This document shows positions 38,793 to 49,154 of a DNA stretch of 64,000 nt, one piece after another. Position 1 is the first letter of the stretch, and each line of letters opens with the position of its first letter. Made by a program: the position numbers and the translations under genes. A model generated the notes under the pieces. It had not been told where the DNA came from, did not search any database, and saw only the letters and a list, made by a program, of their open reading frames with translations. This DNA comes from Guillardia theta CCMP2712 (lineage: Eukaryota > Protista > Cryptophyta): the NCBI RefSeq assembly GCF_000315625.1, contig NW_005434491.1, positions 28,013-92,012 on the forward strand, read 5' to 3'.

Positions 38793-41700
38793 AGGCGCCG
38801 TTATTTTCGGCACAGGCGCCGTTATTTTCGGCACCATGGCTCCCTGCCAGGTGTAGGGGAAGCCGCCAGGGCGCCAAGGAAGCTGCAAGCGAGAGGTTTG
38901 TATACTTCAAATAGCTTTCTAAGTATGGTTCTTCCGTGCAGATGAGAGAATGGAACAAGGCTTAAACGAACTCGGACGATCCCAGATGGTCACTTGCGAG
39001 AAGATGAGCAGAAGCAGCACGCACTTCACCTTCTCCACATGGTACAAGCAGGGTCATCACCAAGCAAAACTGGATCATGACTTTGCATTACACCATTCAT
39101 CTTGCACAGTAAGCTTAATATCGCAGACCGCAGAGGATTGCATCATAGGAGCCGCAGTCGACCACAGAGCACTTGTAGTGAATGTGAGCTCGCTCGATGC
39201 TGAGGGTAAGCAAGCCATCCCAAAGATTGAAATCCTCCCGCAAAGGAGGGATCGAGAAGCAACCCCTCGACGAAAGAAAAGGGTGGTCGAGATGGACAAG
39301 CTATCGGGAAGACTAGGCGTGGAATGGGCAATAGCACTTGATGAGGTGATAAAAGCGGCACAAGCTCTACATCAAGATTGCGACATTCTCGAATTGATAA
39401 CAACAGCCCTCCCCATCAAGGAAATTCCTCTACGAGGCTCCAGCGGGAAAAGACATGCATCCAAGATCCAGATGGATCTGAAACGCAAAATCAAGCAACT
39501 TCACAAGGATTTAAGAAACGCTTCAGAAATTCCAGACTTTATTGATCGAGCACACAAGGAGTCGAGCTTACATGCAGAAATAAGAGAGAATATGACCAAA
39601 TTCAAGGAGATCTGCGCAGCACAAGACCAAGAGATATTTCTGAAAGCATGCGAAGAACGAAGAAGACGCTTGGGCACGATAGGGAGTAAAGAGTCTCAAA
39701 ATGCAATGGGCAAGAAGTCAGACTTTAAGCCCAAAGCCCCAATGCTGACGGTCAACTTTCACTGCCCGGCCAGAGAAGTGCCACCCAAACACAATCGAAC
39801 TTACGTCATGGAGCGATCTCCAGCCAGCGCTGCAACAGCCGGAGACAGCATATCTTCAAGAACTGAACCCGTTAATCGAGACATTCCTCCAGAGCAACTC
39901 CAAAGAAGCAAGCAAAACTTTTTGGAGTGCAAGACATCAAACCATGCTGCACGTCGAGGTTCTCGGGACGAGGAACCCGGCAACACTGACACAAAAGCTG
40001 TTCATAACTCTGGCGCCTGCACACGCAATCGTACCCATCATCCGAGGACTGATCACACAGCCAGGAGGGTGGCGCCTGGAAGGATACAAAAACATCGAGC
40101 AACTTCTCCCCATGAGATTGGCAAGAGATCTAGAAGATGAAACCCACACGGCAACCTTCTTTGCAGTCAACGGATGTACCATGAACGGAACCTGTGCAAG
40201 AGCTGAATGTCAAACAAAAGGACGACTGATTCCGCTGTATGACAAAAGCCAGAAAAACGGAGAAGCATCAATCCTCTTCTTCTGCAAAAACTGTCAATCA
40301 CTGACTTCCGTCAAACCACCGGACTTCGAACCCCCAGAGCAAATCAATCAACACCCGACCAGGGACGTAGAGATAGCTTACCCGCTGGAGCCAGGCGAGA
40401 TCCAAGTATGGATTCAAAAACTGGCCAACCGGAAAGCAGCAGGCATGGATTTGATTTCAAACGAGATTCTGAAAGCTCTGCCTGACAGTGCAAAGGAGGA
40501 AATAGGCAAGACAATCAGCAACGCCTTGATCGGAGACAAGCAAACACTAAAGATGCTCGCGAGAGTTAGGCTCCTCCCAAAAAATGAGAAAAGACCTATA
40601 TGCGTCCTCTCCTCGGTAACGCGGATCTTCCAGGCAGTCATAGCGCACAGACTGGCAAAAGCTGCTGAAAAACATAAGCTACTCACTAACAACCAGGAAG
40701 GTTTCAGACCAGAGGGAGGAACGATCAGGCAGGGTCATCGTCTACTCAACATCATCGAGGAGGCTCAGAGTAATCAACACAACCTCATCCTGCTGTACCT
40801 CGACTTTGCAAACTTCTTTAACAATGTGGCAGTCGAATCCATTGCAAAAATCATGGAAGTATATGGCTTTCACCAGTGTGATGTAGACGTCGCAATCAGT
40901 TGTAGCCAAGGGATAGCGCTGCAAATTCAGACAGAGAGGTTCGAAACAGCAGCCATCCCACTTCTCAGAGGATTACCCCAAGGCAGCCCCGCAAGTCCGC
41001 CAAAAACAAATCTTCTGCTCAGCATCTTGTCCAGACAACTTGATCAACAACAAGACGAGATTGCAACTCAACACCCTAATAATCTGTCATTTGCAGACGA
41101 CCTTGTCCTGATAGCACATTCAGTGAGAGAGATGAAAACGCTTGTTCAAGTGGTAGAACGATTCTGTCGATGGAGTGGATTAGAACTGAACACGAAGAAA
41201 TCTGAAATCACCAGCTTTGATTATCGGCTAAGGAGGGAGATCCCAGGAACACAGACCATTAAGTTCTTCGACGAGGAGTTTGTGAACCTACCACCGACAA
41301 AATGGTTCAAATATCTAGGGATCCGGATCAGCTTGTGGAGACCAGGAGGAAGAGGCAACAAGGCGCACACCTGCCCCTTCACGTGGGGAGAGAAAGAACA
41401 CATCTTGGAGAAGACAAAAGAACTGACAAAGCTGATTGAATCATGCTTACTCGGCAGCCCAAAAATATTACCTGGTGAAGGTAGGCATCGTCAATATCTT
41501 TAGATACTCGGCGGTACTGGTGAGCCGCAGTGGTCTTGGTCAGACTTACAAACCTTAGATACCCTCTGGACCAGAGCATTCAAAAGAGCTATGGGATTGA
41601 GCAAGAGTACAAGCAACGCTATCTTTCACCTACCTTGGGACAGAGGAGGCCTCCAACTCCCCCATCCAGCACCCATCTTGGGAAGGGCGGCGATTCCGAA

Positions 41701-44700
41701 GTTCGGTATCTAGAGAAAGAAACGAATAAGAAATGCAGGGTGGATGATGATATCAAAAGCAGTCTGATACACAAACTAACAGCATGGTCCAACCAATGGG
41801 GGTGTCAAACAATAAACCAGCTACAACGAGAAATCAGATCGGGCAGACTCAAAGAGAACGAAGAGATAAGAGGACCGGAAAGACTCGCAATCTGGATAGC
41901 GGAAAAAATGCAGACCACCATCAGTTGGGAAATGATTGAAAGCAAGATGAAACCGGGGACAATAGCCATCTTACACGACCTGGAGGACAAGATGCTCTCA
42001 GAAGAAAACTCCCTGCTGTCCGGAGAAAACTCCCTACCTACATCTCCTGCTCGGCAAGGCTGGGAGAGTTTTGCAAAGGCATGGAGACTACTGCCCCAAG
42101 TAGGCTTCCACTCCATGACAAGTGTCTTACCCGTCCCAGATACCGAGGGCATCTCCCTGCACCTGCCCATCCGACTCTGGCCATTCCCAAAGCAAAGGGA
42201 ACAAGCAGAAGAAATCCTTGCACAATATCTGCAAGCGAATGTCATCTGGGCAAAACTCGGACTTGAGCAGGCAGGAACAGGGAAGAGAAGAAGGCCAGCC
42301 AGGGAGGAGGGGAAGCCCCCAAACAAGAGAAGGAAAGGAAAAAGGGAGGCTAGCCCACATGAACTTCAGCCACACAAGAAACTAGCCAGACCGGACCAAG
42401 GGAGAGAGGAAACGAATACGAAGGCTTGCACCCGGGTAATTTTGAGGCGGTGGCTCCAACATGACCCCACCTGTTATGATGAAGGAAGGAATCAGCAAGA
42501 AAGATTCAGCCACACTTCAAGCAACATACCTTTCAAAGTTCAAGGAAACAGAGCCATCTTTGAGCGATCTCAAATTGAAGAAAGCAAGACCGTGGATCCA
42601 CCAATACTCGGAATGGTTGGAAGCGTCGCTGGACTCGGCTCCCTTCGCATCTGCAACAAGGGAAGAGGACGGTAATAACCGAAGAGACTGCAATCAAAGC
42701 ATCCATCTGCTGCTGGAAATAGTTAATGCATTGGACGACGGCGAAACAGAAGCTACAGCATGGTGGCAACAACTCGAGGAGGTAGTATCAGAGGTTCGCC
42801 AAGAAACAACACAACCATTGGCATACGAGTTTTTACAACACCTAGCAGAGATTACAGAATGCGACATCAGTACATTTCGTAACTGGCCTACCCTACACAC
42901 ACATCCCCAGGCTCTGGGCAAAAAGAGAGCAAGGGAACTGCACAGAGTGGTGGTTTGGATGGACAAACAACAGAGATTTCGCGAACAAATCCTGGATACA
43001 ATACATGTCATTCTGATAGGATGGAAGAATAACATTGATGAGATACCAGAAGGTTTTGAAATTATCAGCCGGGTCCCGAAAGGCGCTCAAATAGCTTATG
43101 CAGCAAACTTCTGGCAAACAGGGAATAGGTGCTTGACGAAAACTGTAGAGGAGCTATGGATACTAGTTGGGCACACATTCCCAACGTACTTGCGGGACCA
43201 GCTTCATGACAACATCCTCCCAACGTATGAGGAGCTGTGTAACAGACGAAGGGATCAGATCCAGCCGCGCAGCGATCATCAAGGCGGAAGGCATTTCACA
43301 GCAGCTATTGAAGGAGACATCACGCAGGGCAGAAAAAACAGATCCATGCGAATAGGATATGTTCTCCAACAACAAGAGATGACGTCAGGAGGAGGGATGA
43401 AAATCAATGGGAAGTGCAGCATCATTCGAGCGAACACAATCGCAATTGGCTTACTTCTGCAACATGTCCTTGAGGAAGGAATACAGATCAAAAGGGGAAA
43501 TCAAGTCACAATAATGTACCAGTCCACACGTTTCCACCGCTTTATGACAAATACGTTGCGAATGGATACCATGCGATACGAAGACGAACTGCTGGAGGAC
43601 CTACATGATCGGTTACTCACTTGCATGAAGAAACTCGAAGGGAGGGGAATCAGGATCCGACTCCAACTAGCAAAAGAATCTCAGAGACATATTCAAGAGG
43701 CAAAGGAAATGGCCAAGCAAGGAAAACAAGCATTTGCCTCGGGATGGGAGAAAGCAATCTACGATAGCCCAATGGAATTCATCATTGCAGGAGAAGAAAA
43801 TCCTACATCAGGATTCGATCGCTTGAAGAAATGGGACTACATTATCAGACAACAGACAATGGTGGCAAGGATTCGAGCGGGAGACCTCACCTTGACAGAG
43901 AAATTCATGCTCGAAATGCATGTGGGAAGAGATTTACTAGGGAGAGGGTTCAAACAATGCGAAGGGTCAGTTACACGAACAGCTATCCAAGCGATCACCT
44001 TCTCAGCACCGACGAGGAAGAAGCTCTTTCAATGGGGGAAAACTAACTCACCATGTTGTCCTCACTGTCCAGACCGAGAAGAAACCTGGGGACATGTTCA
44101 GCTTGCGTGTAGGCAATTCCAAGATATGATTCAAAAAGCACACAACGAAGTCATGAAGAAGATCAAGGTAAGACTGCAGCAGAGCTGGAGGAAACAAAGG
44201 GTACAGGTCAATTCATGGTGGGACACTCCAATACGCATCGTGATGGAAGCGATGGGGACTTCAATGCACCGAAAAGGGCAATGGATACCAGACGGTTGCT
44301 GCTACTTTGCAAGCATCAAACGCATTGTCCTCATCGAATTTGCAAGGACATCGGAATATGACGGAGTCGAACAAACAAGTCTGGAATGCCTGAAGAAGAA
44401 ATTTCAGGAAAAGGAAGAGAAATATGCCCCTCTGCGAGCAGCAATCACAGCTTTGCTACCTGACCATGAAGTGGAACAAGCAACATTCATAGCAGGAGTG
44501 AAAGGATCGATCATGGAGAGGGAATGGCATGAGAATTTCAGGAGGCTAAGGGTGGATGACACGGAATGGGAAGGCATCAAGACAGCAGCAATCAAGCAAC
44601 TGCTGGAGGTGCAACACATGCTATGGACGGCAAGAAGGGTAAGAGAGTCGATGTAGTCCGATGGGGGCAGGCGCGGCTCATGGGCAAGCCACCCATGGCG

Positions 44701-45057
44701 CATGGTCATGGGCTGCATGAAGGGAAGAAGAGAAGGGCTAGCCAGCAGGAGAAGGTACAGCCTTGCCACAGTGGGCGACTGCGTGTTGGGGGGGGAAGGG
44801 GCAGGAAGGTACAACGGAACTTAGCGAAAATAAGGAAGGGGACCGGGATCGGAATTGGAACGGGCCCGGAGGACAGCGTTACTGAAAACAACTAATACGG
44901 AAGCAACCAGGCCTAAGGGGCCTATAGGAGAATGGGCCAACCTCCCAAGGTTGGGAACCCCTTTAGACGGATCATTAGGCGAGAGATGAGCGAAGAGCAA
45001 TAGTTCTTAGCTATGAAACTTTTGACTAAGAGTCTAATAAACTCAAATAATAATAAT
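38793..45057 (+). mobile_element. Non-LTR retrotransposon with RT and dual-endonuclease (Dualen/RandI-like) architecture, frameshifted, fused to the family-1 5' leader
   Basis: Flanked by TTTAGGG tracts; ends gtctaataaactca(aat)4; ORF pieces 38950-40140, 39944-41503, ~41531-41713, 41530-42675, 42461-44656. Confidence 0.9.
38950..44656 (+). pseudogene. ORF2: APE C-terminal remnant - RT - RNase H-like - CCHC - restriction-like endonuclease, with multiple frameshifts
   Basis: FTF..AKLDHDF..VDHRALVV (APE); KAAGMD, QEGFR, LDFANFF, GLPQGSPASP, FADD, KYLG, LPWDRGGL (RT); CPHC-x8-H-x4-C, AHN, WIPD..LIEF, KEEKY (RLE). Confidence 0.88.
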
Positions 45058-45102
45058 AGGGTTTAGGGTTTAGGGTTTAGGGTTTAGGGTTTAGGGTTTA
45101 GG
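45058..45102 (+). repeat. Telomeric repeat (TTTAGGG)~6
   Basis: Direct. Confidence 0.97.
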
Positions 45103-46490
45103 AGGTTCCTTATTTCCTGGCAGGTTCCTTAGGGGCTGTGCAACGGCGGGGCTGTGCAACGGCGGCAACACGTCCATCGCAAGAGTCAAGAGAGTCTTGT
45201 TGGAGATCGCTAACAGGCTCGAGATCAAAGTTGAAGGCATCGACATGGAGGAGGATTTGAACACCAAGTCCTGGAACGGGTCCAAGCTATGCATCCTCCT
45301 CGGCTCCACGGAGGATGCTCGACGCATGATGAAGGAGCTGCCCTTCTATCTCGAAGGCGCAGCAACCAAGCTCGAAGCAGTCGGCTTCGACAAGGAGCCT
45401 GAGGCGGCTGGTCAGCGGGGCACCAGCGACGCAGCGCAGCGACAGGAGGAGAGCGAGGGAGAGTGGCTGGAGTTTACAGACCTGGAGAGGATCACAATGG
45501 AGGCAGCATCTCCGTCAAGCCAAGAGGACATGCAGCTTGTCAGCGAGCTGTCAGCAGTCATCGAAGATGCAGCTTCTTTGAACGAGGCGGGGACGAGCGA
45601 GCCGATCAAGCTGGTCCTGGACAAGGCCGTTGGCAACCTCCACGACACCTTCTACTCTCCGGGGAGCCTGGAGTTCATGTCGCTGGGAGAGTGGGCGAAG
45701 ACGCCAGAGGAGCAGGGAGTGGGACGCAACGTTCTCAAGGAGAAGCTGGGGAAGTGGCTGCAGAGCAAGCGCTGGACTCGCGTGCAAGGAGAGAGCAAGA
45801 AGGCAAGGAGGGGCAGCGCGTTCTCGCCACGGGCAACGGCAGCTGCTGAGCTTGAGCAGGAGGCGGAGAGCGACGACATAGAGCGTCGATCTCTTAGCTT
45901 CCTGTTCATAGCACTGAGTAAATTCGCAGAGATGCATGTGCTGGCCTGCTCGCTGAAGGTGGACAAGAAGGACCGACTGCGGGTGGAGATGAGGGAAGAT
46001 GACGAAGAAGAGGAAGACATGGAGGAAGAGCAAGGCGAGGGCGAGGAAGAAGACGGGGCGAGCCCGTACCGAGCTTGAGCTGAGCTCAAGGTAAGGAGAG
46101 AAGGTAGGAGGCGACCGAAGGCCAAGGTGAGGAGAGGCAACTCTCCTGACTGAGGCTGAGGAAGCTGAATGGAGGACGAGTAGGTGGCGACCGAAGGCCA
46201 AGGTGAGGAGAGGCAACTCTCCTGACTGAGGCTGAGGAAGCTGAATGGAGGTAGAGTAGGTGGCGACCGAAGGCCAAGGTGAGGAGAGGCAACTCTCCTG
46301 ACTGAGGCTGAGGAAGCCAAGAGAAGACAGCAGAAGTAGAAAGTAGAAAGACGCCTCAGAAGCAGGGTTCGCATTGTAGGCCGTGTACTCCCAGTGCTCG
46401 CGCGCCTCTTTAGACTAGGATCAAATTGCAAAAGCCCACAAGGAGGCCGAGCAACATTCTAGCATTCTAATAAACTCACATAATAATAAT
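45103..46490 (+). mobile_element. Family 1 ORF1-only element, copy B (lacks the 5' half of ORF1)
   Basis: Degenerate leader aggttccttatttcctggc joined to mid-ORF1; full 3' UTR and (AAT)n tail; followed by AGGGTTTAGGGTTTAG (46491-46506). Confidence 0.9.
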
Positions 46491-46506
46491 AGGGTTTAGG
46501 GTTTAG

Positions 46507-49145
46507 AGGCGCCGTTATTTTCGGCAGCATGGCTCCCTGCCAGGTGTAGGGGAAGCCGCCAGGGCGCCAAGGAAGCTGCAAGCGAGAGGTTTGTATACTT
46601 CAAATAGCTTTCTAAGTATGGTTCTTCAGTATGATGAAAATGTTCGCAACCTGCTGTATCGGAGATCATGCCAATACACGCAGAGCGGACTTGTGGATGC
46701 CTCTGTCCTCGAAGCTGATCTCGTCGAGAGGGTGAAGAGCTTCGCGAAGCGTTATCCGAACAGCAGGACAGCCCAGGCTTGCAAGGCTGTGGAGGGATGC
46801 ACCCCCGACGCTATCGCAGAAGCCATCCGCTCGACATGTCAGCAGGCACGACGTGAGCTTCTACAAGAAGCAATGACTGGATGGAGTGACGCATCCAGAG
46901 AGTGGTTTATGCAGCAGATTGAAGAAGCCAAGAAGGAGAAGGTCGAGACATACACCGCCTCAGCAGGCAACGAGGTGACTTCCTTCATCTCCATGACTCT
47001 CCTGGGCATCTCCTCGGTGTATGTCAACCATGAAGAGAAGTTGAAGAAGAAATTCGAAGAGATCGGACTGGTCGTAGACTCAGTGCAAGAGAGTAAAGCA
47101 ATCATGTGGAAGGCTCCGTATAGACCCGAGATAGCGAGTGCTGAGGAGATCCCGGTGACTGTTTCCTTCCTCCGCAATGCACAAGCGGAGAAGCTCTGGC
47201 AGGGAAGAGAGGACTTCGCGATCGATGGTCGCAAGTTCACAGCAGATTCGAGCCAAGAGAGGACCCTGGGGCAAAGGGGGCAGCTTGGCAGAGCTGACCC
47301 ACCTGCTAACCTTGGGCGGCATGACAACGGCTGAGATAGCTGCCGTCTATCGCTATCAGCTGCTGCGCCAGTCCCTTGCAGCGGTCCAACTCCAGCTGCT
47401 GGCAGGCATGCTGGTCGCTGGGGCGCCAGGACAGCAAGTCCACAAAGGCTTAGGTCAGAAAGGCTTCATCGCTGTAGGGGCCAACGTCATCTGGAGACAG
47501 AGGGAGGTGGAGTGGATCGTCTCCTCGAGCTGCCCAGAGGCGAATGATACAGCATTTCGAGCTTTCCGAGAGAGCGAAGCGATGGAGGGAGTACACCTGA
47601 CTCTGTTCAGCGAGGACCCGAAGATCAGAGAGGCGCTCGCAGTCGAGTTGACAGCTGATCGCTTTGTGTCCAGAAATAAGTTGAAGAAGGCATCAAGGAT
47701 GCAGAAGAAGGCAGGCGGCAAGGACGGCAAGGAGATCAAGATCATCATCAAGTCGACGGCGGCATCTGGTCGCTTCACGAGGAAGGAGATGGAGGGGCTG
47801 TGCAACGGCGGCAACACGTCCATCGCAAGAGTCAAGAGAGTCTTGTTGGAGATCGCTAACAGGCTCGAGATCAAAGTTGAAGGCATCGACATGGAGGAGG
47901 ATTTGAACACCAAGTCCTGGAACGGGTCCAAGCTATGCATCCTCCTCGGCTCCACGGAGGATGCTCGACGCATGATGAAGGAGCTGCCCTTCTATCTCGA
48001 AGGCGCAGCAACCAAGCTCGAAGCAGTCGGCTTCGACAAGGAGCCTGAGGCGGCTGGTCAGCGGGGCACCAGCGACGCAGCGCAGCGACAGGAGGAGAGC
48101 GAGGGAGAGTGGCTGGAGTTTACAGACCTGGAGAGGATCACAATGGAGGCAGCATCTCCGTCAAGCCAAGAGGACATGCAGCTTGTCAGCGAGCTGTCAG
48201 CAGTCATCGAAGATGCAGCTTCTTTGAACGAGGCGGGGACGAGCGAGCCGATCAAGCTGGTCCTGGACAAGGCCGTTGGCAACCTCCACGACACCTTCTA
48301 CTCTCCGGGGAGCCTGGAGTTCATGTCGCTGGGAGAGTGGGCGAAGACGCCAGAGGAGCAGGGAGTGGGACGCAACGTTCTCAAGGAGAAGCTGGGGAAG
48401 TGGCTGCAGAGCAAGCGCTGGACTCGCGTGCAAGGAGAGAGCAAGAAGGCAAGGAGGGGCAGCGCGTTCTCGCCACGGGCAACGGCAGCTGCTGAGCTTG
48501 AGCAGGAGGCGGAGAGCGACGACATAGAGCGTCGATCTCTTAGCTTCCTGTTCATAGCACTGAGTAAATTCGCAGAGATGCATGTGCTGGCCTGCTCGCT
48601 GAAGGTGGACAAGAAGGACCGACTGCGGGTGGAGATGAGGGAAGATGACGAAGAAGAGGAAGACATGGAGGAAGAGCAAGGCGAGGGCGAGGAAGAAGAC
48701 GGGGCGAGCCCGTACCGAGCTTGAGCTGAGCTCAAGGTAAGGAGAGAAGGTAGGAGGCGACCGAAGGCCAAGGTGAGGAGAGGCAACTCTCCTGACTGAG
48801 GCTGAGGAAGCTGAATGGAGGAGGAGTAGGTGGCGACCGAAGGCCAAGGTGAGGAGAGGCAACTCTCCTGACTGAGGCTGAGGAAGCTGAATGGAGGTAG
48901 AGTAGGTGGCGACCGAAGGCCAAGGTGAGGAGAGGCAACTCTCCTGACTGAGGCTGAGGAAGCCAAGAGAAGACAGCAGAAGTAGAAAGTAGAAAGACGC
49001 CTCAGAAGCAGGGTTCGCATTGTAGGCCGTGTACTCCCAGTGCTCGCGCGCCTCTTTAGACTAGGATCAAATTGCAAAAGCCCACAAGGAGGCCGAGCAA
49101 CATTCTAGCATTCTAATAAACTCACATAATAATAATAATAATGAT
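46507..49145 (+). mobile_element. Family 1 ORF1-only element, copy C (35-bp frameshifting deletion at 47243/47244)
   Basis: Leader aggcgccgttattttcggc, ATG 46618, stop 48724, 3x76-bp UTR repeats, AAT tail; followed by AGGGTTTAG (49146-49154). Confidence 0.93.
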
Positions 49146-49154
49146 AGGGTTTAG

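Noticed and set aside
38950-44656. Telomerase or Penelope/Athena-type RT
   Set aside because: The motifs (KAAGMD domain 0, PQG, CCHC + RLE) are those of non-LTR retrotransposons; no GIY-YIG or TERT T motif
38434-44970. LTRs flanking the RT element
   Set aside because: The upstream copy is diverged, 3'-truncated and separated by telomeric repeats; the RT is non-LTR type with an AAT tail and no integrase
46105-46320. Hammerhead ribozyme in the 76-bp repeats (CTGAGGA present)
   Set aside because: No GAAA with a properly paired stem II and stem III could be built
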